Source: Alphaproteobacteria bacterium
GTDB taxonomy: Bacteria; Pseudomonadota; Alphaproteobacteria; Bin95
NCBI GenBank assembly: GCA_963665325.3
Contig: OZ224045.1
Location: 928,001 to 992,000 of the forward strand
Direction of reading: 5' to 3'
DNA: 64,000 nucleotides
Position numbers and translations under genes: made by a program. Below the pieces are notes generated by a model. It made no database searches. It was not told the origin of the DNA and saw only the letters and a program-made list of their open reading frames with translations. The number at the start of each line of letters is the position of its first letter. The stretch's first letter is position 1. This document shows, one piece after another, positions 38,169-47,508 of the stretch.

Positions 38169-39260
38169 GTGGCGAAAATCGACAAGCTGGAAATCGACCT
38201 GTTCCGCCTGCCGCTGCCGGTGGCGATGGAAGCCTCGGCCGCGGGCGTGATGACCGCCTTCGACATGGTAACGGCGCGGATTACCGACAGCGACGGCGTC
38301 TCGGGTGTGGGCTACACCGTGATGCATGAGGGGCAGGGCGGCCCGATCGCGGCGATGTGCGACGGCTCCTTCCGCTCCAGCATCGAGGGGTGGGATCCGG
38401 ACCTGATCGAGGCGATCTGGCGCGATATCTACAAGCGCCACCACTATGCCGGCCGGGGCGGGGCCACCGGCTTCGCGATGGCGGCGGTGGATGTCGCGCT
38501 CTGGGACCTGAAGGGCAACAGACTCGGCTCCCCGCTCTGGCGGCTGCTCGGCGGGGCCAACCCCTCCGTGCGGGCCTATGCCGGCAATATCGACCTCAAC
38601 TTCCCGGTGGACAGGCTGCTGGAAGGCGGCATGGTGAGCGTCGAGGCGGGTTTCCGGTCGGTCAAGATGCGGCTCGGCCGCCCGACCATCGCCGAGGACA
38701 TCGCGCGCGTCGAGGCGATGCGCAGCCATCTGCCCGACGAGATCGAGCTGATGGCGGATGCGAACGAGGCCTGGCGGGTGGAGCAGGCGATGCGCGCCAT
38801 GACCCTGCTGCAACCCTTCGACCTGGTCTGGCTGGAGGAGCCGATCGCGCCCGACAACACGGCCGGATATGCGCATCTGCGCTCACTCGGCAAGGTGCCG
38901 CTGGCGGCGGGCGAGAACCACCACACGCTGGCCGAGTTCGCGGCGCTGATCGGCGCCGGCGGGGTCGATTTCCCGGAGCCCGACCTCACCACATGCGGCG
39001 GCGTCACGCCGTTCATGAAGGTGGCCCGCCTGGCCGAGGCGCACGGCCTGCCGGTGATGAGCCACGGCGCGCACGACCTGCATATCCACTTGCTCGCCGC
39101 CGCGCCGAACGCGGCCTACCTGGAATGGCACGCCTTCGGCCTCGACAAGTTCATGGCGGACCCGCTGACGGTCGAGCACGGCTACGCCCGCGCCCCCGAC
39201 CGCCCCGGCCACGGTATCGCGTTCGACTGGGAGGCGCTTGCGTCGCACCGGCCGGGTTAG
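38169..39260 (+). CDS. Mandelate racemase/muconate lactonizing enzyme family
   Basis: DVALWDL, KMR, DAN, WLEEP, AAGE, PGHG. Confidence 0.92.
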   Translation: MAKIDKLEIDLFRLPLPVAMEASAAGVMTAFDMVTARITDSDGVSGVGYTVMHEGQGGPIAAMCDGSFRSSIEGWDPDLIEAIWRDIYKRHHYAGRGGATGFAMAAVDVALWDLKGNRLGSPLWRLLGGANPSVRAYAGNIDLNFPVDRLLEGGMVSVEAGFRSVKMRLGRPTIAEDIARVEAMRSHLPDEIELMADANEAWRVEQAMRAMTLLQPFDLVWLEEPIAPDNTAGYAHLRSLGKVPLAAGENHHTLAEFAALIGAGGVDFPEPDLTTCGGVTPFMKVARLAEAHGLPVMSHGAHDLHIHLLAAAPNAAYLEWHAFGLDKFMADPLTVEHGYARAPDRPGHGIAFDWEALASHRPG

Positions 39261-39279
39261 GGGGTGCGGCTTCCGCCCC

Positions 39280-40194
39280 TCAAAGCCCCCACCGCAGCGC
39301 CAGCAGGTCCAGCGGCCGCGCCAGTTCCAGCAGGCCGGCCAGCACTTCCGGCTCCAAGGGCGTGAGCGGGGCGCGGACGTGGTCGGAGCGGATGACGCCG
39401 CCGGCTTTCATCGCGGCCTTCGAGGCGCGGAGGCCGCACTGGCGGTTTTCGTAGTTGATGAGCGGCAGCACGCGGGCATAGGCGGCGGCGGCTTCCTCGC
39501 GGCGGCCTTCGCGGTGGGCGTCCACGACGGGCTTCAGAAGGTCCGGCAGGAGGGCGCTCGGCATGGTGCCGGTGGCGCCGGCGTCGAGGTCTGCCATCAG
39601 CGTGATCGCCTCCTCGCCGTCGAACGGCCCCTGTATCGCCTCGCCGCCCGCCCGGATCAGCGAGCGCAGTTTCCCGGCGGCCTGCGGCGTCTCGATCTTG
39701 AAATATGCGACACCGGCGATCTCGCGCGCGAGCCGGGCGAGGAACGTGACGCTGAGTTCCACGCCGGAGAGCGGCGCGTCCTGCACCATGATCGGCAGGC
39801 CCCCCTCCGCTGCCCGCGCGAATTGCTCGTATGTCTGCGCTTCGGTGCCCCTGAGCCCCGCGCCGTGATAGGGCGGCATCAGCATGACCATCGCGGCGCC
39901 CAGTTCCGCCGCCCGCCGGCAGCGCCCGACGACGATCCGGGTGGAGAAGTGCGAGGCGGCGACGATGACCGGCAGGCGGCCCGCAACATGCTCCAGGCAG
40001 ATCCGGGCGAGGGTCTCGCGCTCCTCGTCGGAAATCAGGAACTGCTCGGAATAATTGGCGAGGATGCAGAGCCCGTCCGAGCCCTGGGCCACCATGCAAT
40101 CGAGCACCCGCCTCTGGCCTTCCAGGTCGAGGTCTCCGGTTTCGGTGAAGACGGTGGGGACGACCGGCCACACGCCGCGCCAGGGTCTCGCCAT
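39280..40194 (-). CDS. DHDPS-family enzyme (2-keto-3-deoxy-L-arabinonate dehydratase-like)
   Basis: ILANYSEQF, MPPYHG, VQDAP, FKIE, DGEEAITL. Confidence 0.85.
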   Translation of the reverse strand: MARPWRGVWPVVPTVFTETGDLDLEGQRRVLDCMVAQGSDGLCILANYSEQFLISDEERETLARICLEHVAGRLPVIVAASHFSTRIVVGRCRRAAELGAAMVMLMPPYHGAGLRGTEAQTYEQFARAAEGGLPIMVQDAPLSGVELSVTFLARLAREIAGVAYFKIETPQAAGKLRSLIRAGGEAIQGPFDGEEAITLMADLDAGATGTMPSALLPDLLKPVVDAHREGRREEAAAAYARVLPLINYENRQCGLRASKAAMKAGGVIRSDHVRAPLTPLEPEVLAGLLELARPLDLLALRWGL

Positions 40195-40308
40195 GCTGCT
40201 CTCTCCCGATCCGCGAAGGCTCGTCCGCGCCAGCTTACGCGAATTTCGTCGAACCCGGTTCCGGCCTTATCCTCGCGGGAGCCGCCGCGACATCCGGGGA
40301 ACGGGGAC

Positions 40309-41082
40309 ATGAAGCGCGACCTGCATCCGTTTCTCCGCCATCCCGGTCATCCTCTGCCGGCCGCGATTGCGCACCGCGGTTACTCCGCCCGGCACCCCGA
40401 GAACACGATGATCGCCTTCGCCGCCGCGGTCGAACTCGGCTACCGGATTGTCGAGACCGACGTTCACGCCACCGCCGACAATGTCCTTGTCGTGTTTCAT
40501 GACAGCCGCCTGGACCGCCTCACGGATATGCGCGGCGCCATCTCGGAGAGGAGCTGGCCGGACCTTCGCCGCGCCCGCGTCGGCGGACGGGAACGGATCC
40601 CCCGTCTCGAGGAGCTGCTGACGACATGGGACACGCTGCGGGTCAACATCGACCCGAAGCAGGACAGCGCCGTCGGACCTCTGCTCGAAGTGCTTCGGGA
40701 CACCGATGCGTGGGACCGGGTTTGCGTGGGTTCGTCATCCAGTCCGCGTCTTCGCCGCATCAGGGCTGCGGCCGGCGACCGGCTTTGCACCTCGATGGGA
40801 ACGGCCGAAGTCGTTCGTCTCTGGCTGGCCGGCCATGTCCTGCCGCTCGGCGGATTTGCGGCCGATTGCGCGCAGGTCCCGACGCACCGGTACGGACTTC
40901 CGGTCATCGACCGCGCGTTCATGGCGGCCGCGCACGCCCGCGGCCTGCCGGTGCATGCATGGACCATCAACGAGGAGGCGGAAATGAACCGCCTGCTCGA
41001 TCTCGGCGTCGACGGGCTCATGACCGACGAGGCGGAGCTCCTGAAGCGGGTGTTTCAGGCCCGGAAGATCTGGACCGTGTAA
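40309..41082 (+). CDS. Glycerophosphodiester phosphodiesterase family
   Basis: IAHRG, PENT, ETDV, FHD, WTIN, GVDGLMTD. Confidence 0.92.
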   Translation: MKRDLHPFLRHPGHPLPAAIAHRGYSARHPENTMIAFAAAVELGYRIVETDVHATADNVLVVFHDSRLDRLTDMRGAISERSWPDLRRARVGGRERIPRLEELLTTWDTLRVNIDPKQDSAVGPLLEVLRDTDAWDRVCVGSSSSPRLRRIRAAAGDRLCTSMGTAEVVRLWLAGHVLPLGGFAADCAQVPTHRYGLPVIDRAFMAAAHARGLPVHAWTINEEAEMNRLLDLGVDGLMTDEAELLKRVFQARKIWTV

Positions 41083-41120
41083 ACGTCCGCTAAGATTCCC
41101 GTAACCCGAGGAGCCTGCCC

Positions 41121-41984
41121 ATGCCGGACCGACCGCTCGTGCTCGTCACCGAGAAAGACCGCGCCGCCGTCCTGACGCTCAACCGGCCGGAGAAGAAGAA
41201 CGCGATGAACGACGCGCTGCTGGCGGCGTTCATCGCCGCGGTCCGCAGCGCCAATGCGGATGACGGGGTGCGCGCCATCGTCGTCAGGGGCGCAGGCGAC
41301 TGCTTTACCTCGGGGCGCGATGCTTCCGAGTTCGAGCAGGCGGCCGTTCTGCAGGACATGTCGGTGGATGCGGCGGTGGACATCTTCCTGGAGGCGCTCT
41401 CGCTGCTGATCGAATCGCCGAAACCGACGATCGCCGCCGTGCATGGCATGGCGCTCGGCGGCGGGCAGGCGATGTCGCTTGCCTGCGATTTCGTCGTGGC
41501 GGAGCGGGACGCGCGGTTCGGCAATGTGGAGATGGCCTACGGCTTCCCGGCAGCCATGAACATCGCGCTGTTGACCCGCCAGATCGGCCGGCGCCGGGGG
41601 CTGGAGATCGCCATGACGGGCGACCTCTACACCGCCGAGCAGTATCGGGAGTTCGGCCTGGTCAACCGGCTGGCGGAGCCCGGCGGGCTGGACGAGGCGG
41701 TGGCGGCCTTCGTCGGCACGCTGACCGACCTAGCGCCCTGGGCGGTCCGGCGCACCAAGACGACCTATCGCCTCGCCGAGGACATGGCGCTGCACGGCGC
41801 GCTCAACTTCGGCAACCAGCTGAACCAGCTCTTGCGCCTGAACGGCCAGCTCGCGCCGATCCACAGCCGCAGCGAGGGGGTGAAACGGGCGCTCAAGACG
41901 GATATCGCGGACAGGGAGGCGGCGGAGGGGGGTAAGCCGCCGCAGGAAAGAGGCCGCCCGGCGCCGGGCCCGTTCAGGCGATGA
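41121..41984 (+). CDS. Enoyl-CoA hydratase/isomerase family
   Basis: [31 protein letters not shown]. Confidence 0.9.
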   Translation: MPDRPLVLVTEKDRAAVLTLNRPEKKNAMNDALLAAFIAAVRSANADDGVRAIVVRGAGDCFTSGRDASEFEQAAVLQDMSVDAAVDIFLEALSLLIESPKPTIAAVHGMALGGGQAMSLACDFVVAERDARFGNVEMAYGFPAAMNIALLTRQIGRRRGLEIAMTGDLYTAEQYREFGLVNRLAEPGGLDEAVAAFVGTLTDLAPWAVRRTKTTYRLAEDMALHGALNFGNQLNQLLRLNGQLAPIHSRSEGVKRALKTDIADREAAEGGKPPQERGRPAPGPFRR

Positions 41985-42375
41985 CGGCTACACCTTCGGC
42001 GGAGGCCGCGCGGGCAAGGGCGCGGTCGAGCGTCGCAAGGCTGTCGCCCCGGCGCAGCGCCGTCTCCAGATAGGCAGCGTCGTAGGCGGACAGGCGGCGA
42101 TTGCACGCGAGCGCGAAGACCGTGTCCTCGTCATGAGAATCGTCCTGCGCCAGTTGCAGGTTCCGCAAACGTGTCAGGAACCGCGCGCTTTGGGTGCGGT
42201 CGATACGGCCGCGGCGTTCGTTCACAATCAGGATATTGCGGATTTCATGCCGGAAGAGTCCGGGAACGACGCCTCCGGTTTGCGGCAGGATATCCAGAAC
42301 GTGCTCGGCCGCCTGCGCCTGCTCATCGGGAAAGCACCACGCCGCCGCGATGGAGGCGTCGATAACGACAGCCAT
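41974..42375 (-). CDS. vapC: VapC/PIN toxin
   Basis: VIDASIAAAW, EIRN, LSAYDAAYLE, LATLD. Confidence 0.9.
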   Translation of the reverse strand: MAVVIDASIAAAWCFPDEQAQAAEHVLDILPQTGGVVPGLFRHEIRNILIVNERRGRIDRTQSARFLTRLRNLQLAQDDSHDEDTVFALACNRRLSAYDAAYLETALRRGDSLATLDRALARAASAEGVAVIA

Positions 42376-42608
42376 CAGGCGCGGCCCTCGTCCCTGGCGG
42401 CGCGAATCTCCGCGGCAGAGACGGAGGGGCGTTCCTTTCGCTCCTGCCTCAAGAGTTCGACGGTGCGGGCGACCGGTTCCCGTATCGGCACGATGCGGGC
42501 GGCCGGCACGCCGTTGCGCGCGATGACGACATCCCGGCCTTCCTCGGCCTGGGCGATCAGATGCGACAACCGCGTCTTGGCATCGCCGATATTGAAGGTG
42601 GGAGGCAT
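42375..42608 (-). CDS. Phd/YefM antitoxin
   Basis: IGDAKTRLSHLI..AEEG.DVVIARNGVPAARIVP. Confidence 0.9.
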   Translation of the reverse strand: MPPTFNIGDAKTRLSHLIAQAEEGRDVVIARNGVPAARIVPIREPVARTVELLRQERKERPSVSAAEIRAARDEGRA

Positions 42609-42664
42609 GGACCCGGTTCCTGTCTGCGTGTCCGTATCCGCCCACAGATATCCACCGTTACAGA

Positions 42665-42685
42665 CTTGGTCAAGGCTTGGTCAAG
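42665..42685. promoter_or_regulatory. Tandem near-palindromic operator upstream of phd
   Basis: CTTGGTCAAG-G-CTTGGTCAAG. Confidence 0.55.
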
Positions 42686-42689
42686 CGGG

Positions 42690-42824
42690 TTGGCGGAGCC
42701 CATGGCGGTGCATGGCGCGCTCAACTTGGGCAACCGTCTGAACCGGCTTCTGCGTCCGAACGGCCCGCATGCGCCCATCCACAGCCGCAGCGACGGGGTC
42801 AGGCAGGCACTCAGGACGGATATG
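42690..42824 (+). repeat. Diverged copy of the enoyl-CoA hydratase 3' region (41772-41906)
   Basis: LAEPMAVHGALNLGNRLNRLLRPNGPHAPIHSRSDGVRQALRTDM vs LAEDMALHGALNFGNQLNQLLRLNGQLAPIHSRSEGVKRALKTDI. Confidence 0.92.
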
Positions 42825-42955
42825 GAGGAAGGGGAACCCGGCCAGCCGGATCGGAGAGCCGCCGCCCCGGGGTCGGGGCGGCGGCAGTCGAAAGGAGCTC
42901 TCAGGGAGCCTTGTGCGGCCCGCGGAGGCGAGCCTTTTCCGCTATCCGGGCGGGG

Positions 42956-43210
42956 TCAATGCCCGTGCGAAAGTGCGTCGCTGCCGATGTTGGCGCAGTT
43001 GTCATTCCCTGCGTTCCGGCACTGCGCGAGCGCTCCGGCCCTTGCAGTGCCGGCGTCGTCCGCCAACGCCGTGTAAACCTTGCCCGGGAGCGGCTGCATG
43101 AAGGTCCTGGCGTCGGCGGCCGCCATCGCGTAGTGGAACTGGTGGGCGCGTGCTGCGGACGCTGCGAAAAACGCGGCGACCATCGGAATTCCGGCAATCT
43201 TCCTCGGCAT
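42956..43210 (-). CDS. Small secreted protein with two Cys (DUF4189-like)
   Basis: GGAGG RBS; signal peptide ending ARA; ALAQC..NC. Confidence 0.5.
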   Translation of the reverse strand: MPRKIAGIPMVAAFFAASAARAHQFHYAMAAADARTFMQPLPGKVYTALADDAGTARAGALAQCRNAGNDNCANIGSDALSHGH

Positions 43211-43404
43211 CCTCGCCTCCTGTTTCGTTGATACGGAGGTGGGAAGCCGGGTACTGCCGTTCAATAAAGAATGCCGGTATCCCGGCGATTATTCTGCCGT
43301 AGTTCCCTATGCTTTTTTCAAATGAATCCTATAAGTTTGCCAAGAACCTGGCAGTAATGCATGGCTCACCCTAGCAGCGCCTTCGGGCAATGCGGGGCAA
43401 CAGC

Positions 43405-45024
43405 CTACCCGGCGGTGCGGAAGCCCTCGTAGCCGTTGGCGGCTACCGCGTCGCAACGCTGCTTGTAGCGGTCCACCCCGCCGACATAGGGCATGAAGAT
43501 GCGTGGCTTGCCGGGGATGTTGGCGCCGACATACCAGGAGTTCGCGAGCGGGTAGAGCGTCGAGTCCGCGACTTCGTTATTGTGCTGCACCCAGGCCTGC
43601 TCGGCGGCCTCCTCCGGCTCGATAACGCCGAGGCCCTCCGCACGCAGATGCTCCAGGCAGTTCGCGATCCAGTCCACATGCTGCTCGCAGGAGAGGATCA
43701 TCTGGCTCTTCACGCCGGGGCTCTGCGGGCCGGTCACCATGAAGAGGTTGGGGAAGCCCGCTATCGTGATGCCGAGATAGGTTAGCGGCCCGTCCGCCCA
43801 TTTCTCGCCGATAGCCGCGCCCCGGTCGGTGCGTATGTCGATTTCCTTCATCGCGCCGGTCATCGCATCGAAGCCGGTGGCGAACACAATGGCGTCGAGC
43901 TCGTAATCCGCCTCGTCGGTCCTGAGCCCGCTGGGCAGGATTTCCCGGATCGGCGCGCTGCGGGCGTCCACGAGCGTCACATTGTCGCGATTGTAGGTCT
44001 CGTAATAGCCGGTATCGAGGATCAGCCGCTTGGTGCCGATGGGGTGGTCGTTGGGACAGAGCAGCTCGGCCGTCTTCGGGTCCTTCACCGTCTGGCGGAT
44101 CTTGTTGCGCACGAACTCGCAGGCGGTCTCGTTCGCCTCCTTGTTCACCAGCAAATCGTTGAAGGAATAGAGGAAGCTGATACTGCCGCCTTCCTGCCAC
44201 TTGGCTTCGTAGATGCGGTTGCGCTCCTCCTCGGGAACGTCGAGCGCCGATCTGTCGGGCGGCGGGTAGCCGGCGATGCCGAACGGCGTCGTGTAGGCGG
44301 CGCGGCGCCGTTCCGGATATTCGGATTTGTGGCGGTTTTCCTTTTCCTCGCGCATCGGCTCGTTGCGGGCCGGCAAGCTGAAATTGGCGGTGCGCTGGAA
44401 GACATGCAGGTGCCTGGCGTGGCGCGCGATAAGCGGGATCGACTGCACGCCGGAGGAGCCCGTGCCGATGATCCCTACCCTGAGACCGGTGAAGTCCACG
44501 CCTTCATGCGGCCAGAGGCCGGTGTGGTACCAGCGGCCGCGGAAGCTCTCCAGGCCCGGATAACCGGGCGTGCGCGGTGTCGACAGATTGCCGGTCGCCA
44601 TGATGCAGTGGGACGCACGCACCGAACGGACGGCGCCCGTTTCGGTGTTCTCGGCCTCCAGCGTCCAGAGGCCCGTGCCGCTGTCGAAATGCGCGGAGCG
44701 GATGCGCGTGTTCAGCTCGATGTCGCGGCGAAGGTCGAACCGGTCGGCGACATGGTTCACATAGGACAGGATCGCCGGCTGGGTTCCGTAGCGCTCGGGC
44801 CAGCGCCATTCCTGCTGCAGGTCGTTCGAGAAGGAATAGGAATATTCCAGGCTCTCGACATCGCAGCGGCAGCCGGGATAGCGGTTCCAGTACCAGGTGC
44901 CGCCGATTCCGTCCGCAGCCTCGAAGGCGCGTACCCGGAAGCCAGACTTCCGCAGCCGGTGGATCGCATACAGGCCGCCGACGCCCGCACCGACGATCGC
45001 GACATCCAGGTCTTTACCGCTCAT
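43405..45024 (-). CDS. Baeyer-Villiger monooxygenase (cyclohexanone monooxygenase family)
   Basis: GAGVGG, GGTWYWNRYPG, FRGRWYHTGLWP fingerprint, GTGSSG, ATGFDA. Confidence 0.95.
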   Translation of the reverse strand: MSGKDLDVAIVGAGVGGLYAIHRLRKSGFRVRAFEAADGIGGTWYWNRYPGCRCDVESLEYSYSFSNDLQQEWRWPERYGTQPAILSYVNHVADRFDLRRDIELNTRIRSAHFDSGTGLWTLEAENTETGAVRSVRASHCIMATGNLSTPRTPGYPGLESFRGRWYHTGLWPHEGVDFTGLRVGIIGTGSSGVQSIPLIARHARHLHVFQRTANFSLPARNEPMREEKENRHKSEYPERRRAAYTTPFGIAGYPPPDRSALDVPEEERNRIYEAKWQEGGSISFLYSFNDLLVNKEANETACEFVRNKIRQTVKDPKTAELLCPNDHPIGTKRLILDTGYYETYNRDNVTLVDARSAPIREILPSGLRTDEADYELDAIVFATGFDAMTGAMKEIDIRTDRGAAIGEKWADGPLTYLGITIAGFPNLFMVTGPQSPGVKSQMILSCEQHVDWIANCLEHLRAEGLGVIEPEEAAEQAWVQHNNEVADSTLYPLANSWYVGANIPGKPRIFMPYVGGVDRYKQRCDAVAANGYEGFRTAG

Positions 45025-45103
45025 TCCGCCTCGCTTCGCCCGCCCGGAAAGCGGCCGGGTGCAGATGCGCAGCGGGCGGGTCCCCTGGCAGGAAAGTGGA
45101 AAC

Positions 45104-45180
45104 TGGCGCGCCCGGGAAGACTCGAACTCCCAACCTCCTGATCCGTAGTCAGACGCTCTATCCAATTGAGCTACGGGCGC
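45104..45180 (-). tRNA. tRNA-Arg (ACG)
   Basis: GCGCCCGTAGCTCAATTGGATAGAGCGTCTGACT-ACG-GATCAG...GTTCGAGTC...GGGCGCGCCA. Confidence 0.97.
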
Positions 45181-45336
45181 CGATAGAAGGGGCGGACATT
45201 AACGCCGGTCCGCCGGGGATGCAACTCTCTCCGGAACGCGCCCCGGCTTGGGGATAACCCGTTGTCAGGAGCCGCGATAACGCGCTACTGTCCTGCAATG
45301 GGCGGACATTCGGTGGCGTTTCAGGGCGGAACAATT

Positions 45337-46380
45337 ATGCGTAAACGGATAACCGCGAGCGCCCTCCTTCTCGGCGGGCTTTTGGCTGTTGCAGGGTGCG
45401 TGAAACCGGAAACCGGCCTGCCTCCCGGTTCGACCCGCGTGGAGGCCCCGGCGACGCCGGCAGCAGCTGCGGTCCGGGAAGCGCCGGCGCCGGCCGCCGC
45501 GCAGGCAGCTGCCGCGCCCGCGCCGCAGGGCGGGGAGAGCTTCGTCGTACGCAAGGTCCGCCAGCTCGCCGGCGAGGCGGATGCGCTGGCGGGCGTGCTG
45601 GAAGGCCTGGAGAAGGCGCATGCGGACCTGAGGGACGGGGCCCGGCAGCGCGCCGAAGGCTATCACGGGCGTGTCGCCGCCATTGAAGCGCGGCTCAAGA
45701 TCGGGACGACGCGGGCCAATCCAAGGCTGCGGGCGGAGTGGAATGTCGCCCAGTCGATGCTGGCGGCGCTCGACCGCGATGTCGGGTCCTGGGATGTGTT
45801 GCGGACGCGCGCCGCGGAAGCCGATTCCAGGGCTGCGTTCCTCAACGACTCGGTGCTGAACGCATTCGAGCTTTCCGGCGCGGTCGAGGAAGACCACCGC
45901 GCGCTGCACGCCATTGGCGACCGGGCGGCGCACATGACAGTGACCGTGACCCGCCTTCTGGACGAGGTCGCCGCTTCCTCGGAGCGGCAAAGCCGGCTGG
46001 TGACGGCCGAACGGCGCGAACTGGCGCTGCTGGCCGAGGCGATCGACGCCGGCAGCCTCGACGACGGCGTGGCGAGCGGGCCTTATTCCGCACGGGCCGC
46101 CGAGGAGCGGCCGCTTGCGGTCGTCCGCTTCGACGATCCGAACGTCGCCTATGAGGAAGCCTTGTCGGCAGCGGTGCAGCAGGTGATCGAGCGCCGGCCG
46201 GGATCGACCTTCGAGGTCGTCGGCATCTCGCCGGGCGGAAGCATGGCTGCGGCTGCGGACTATGCCGACAGGATCCACAGGAGCCTGCGCCGCATGGGCG
46301 TCGCGGCGTCCAGGCTCAGGATTGCGACACGCGCGGACAGCGACGTGAGCGTGGAGGAAGTCCGCCTCTACGTCCGCTAG
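45337..46380 (+). CDS. Hypothetical lipoprotein with coiled-coil region
   Basis: Lipobox AVAG-C, Ala/Pro linker, helical core, alpha/beta C-terminus. Confidence 0.7.
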   Translation: MRKRITASALLLGGLLAVAGCVKPETGLPPGSTRVEAPATPAAAAVREAPAPAAAQAAAAPAPQGGESFVVRKVRQLAGEADALAGVLEGLEKAHADLRDGARQRAEGYHGRVAAIEARLKIGTTRANPRLRAEWNVAQSMLAALDRDVGSWDVLRTRAAEADSRAAFLNDSVLNAFELSGAVEEDHRALHAIGDRAAHMTVTVTRLLDEVAASSERQSRLVTAERRELALLAEAIDAGSLDDGVASGPYSARAAEERPLAVVRFDDPNVAYEEALSAAVQQVIERRPGSTFEVVGISPGGSMAAAADYADRIHRSLRRMGVAASRLRIATRADSDVSVEEVRLYVR

Positions 46381-46392
46381 CCGGCCGCGGGC

Positions 46393-47508
46393 TTACACCC
46401 CGCCCCAGATTTCCTCGGCAAGCGTCACCGCCAGTTCGAGCTTCCGCCGCTGGTCGTCATAGCCGATCCTGTTGCCGTGTTCGGTCGAGGCGAAGCCGCA
46501 TTGCGGCGCGATACCGAGCTGGTCGAGATCGGCGTATCTGGATGCCTCGTCGAACTTCCGCTTGAGGTCGTCGACGCTCTCGAGCTCCGGCGTCTTGGTA
46601 GTGATGAAGCCCGGCAGGACGCGCTGATGGCCCTTGGCAAGCAGACCGAGCGGCTCCAGCCCGCCGGCGCGCTCAGTGTCGTATTCCATAAAGAAGATAT
46701 CGACCCCGGTCCTGTTGAACACCGCATCGGCTGCGGGATCGTAGGCGCCTTCCGCCGCATGGCTGGACTGGAAATTGCCGCGGCAAAGATGCATCGCAAC
46801 GGTCAAGTCGTCCGGACGGTCCTTGATCGCCTCGTTCATCATCCAGGCGTAGCGGTCGATCAGCCGGTCCGGGTCGTAGCCTTGCTGCTGCTTCTCCGCG
46901 CGGTGCTTCGGGTCGCAGAGATAGGCGAAGAAGATGTCGTCGAGCTGGATATAGCGGCAGCCGGCGGCGTAGAACGCCGCGACGGCCTTCCGGTAGGTCG
47001 CCGCGATGTCTGCGAACAGCAGGTCGATATCCCTGTATTCCGGCACGTGAATGTCTTCCGGCCCGAGCCGGAAATGGCAGCAGCTCGGGCCGGGAATCGA
47101 GATCTTCGGCGCTACGGTCGTGTTGGCGGCCACAAATCTGAAATGTTCGAGCATCGGGTGGTCGTCGGGGAAGTCGAGCCTGGCCGTGATCGTCGGGTAG
47201 AGCGGCGGCAGGCGCACGCCGGCGAACTGCACGCCCAGCTCGCGCATCTCGAACTCGAACCCGGTCAGCATCTCCATGAAGTCGTAATGCCAGAACAGGC
47301 GGCGGTACTCGCCGTCGGTAACCGCCTTGAGCCCGATATCCTCCTGCATGCGGATGGCATCGGCGATCGCCTCGTCCTCGATCGCGCGCAGCGCCTCGGC
47401 CGGCATGGTCTTCTCGTCGAGGCACTTGCGGCGCGCCTCAAGGACCTTGGCCGGGCGCAGCAGGCTGCCGACATGGTCGGCGCGATAGGGCGGTCGCCGG
47501 CTGCTCAT
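46393..47508 (-). CDS. Cobalamin-independent methionine synthase II family, catalytic domain only
   Basis: RADHVGSLLRP, TDGEYRR, HLCRGN, MEYD, PQCGFAS zinc ligands. Confidence 0.9.
   Translation of the reverse strand: MSSRRPPYRADHVGSLLRPAKVLEARRKCLDEKTMPAEALRAIEDEAIADAIRMQEDIGLKAVTDGEYRRLFWHYDFMEMLTGFEFEMRELGVQFAGVRLPPLYPTITARLDFPDDHPMLEHFRFVAANTTVAPKISIPGPSCCHFRLGPEDIHVPEYRDIDLLFADIAATYRKAVAAFYAAGCRYIQLDDIFFAYLCDPKHRAEKQQQGYDPDRLIDRYAWMMNEAIKDRPDDLTVAMHLCRGNFQSSHAAEGAYDPAADAVFNRTGVDIFFMEYDTERAGGLEPLGLLAKGHQRVLPGFITTKTPELESVDDLKRKFDEASRYADLDQLGIAPQCGFASTEHGNRIGYDDQRRKLELAVTLAEEIWGGV

Noticed and set aside
45104-45180. tRNA-Arg as island attachment site
   Set aside because: No duplicate of its 3' end and no integrase seen
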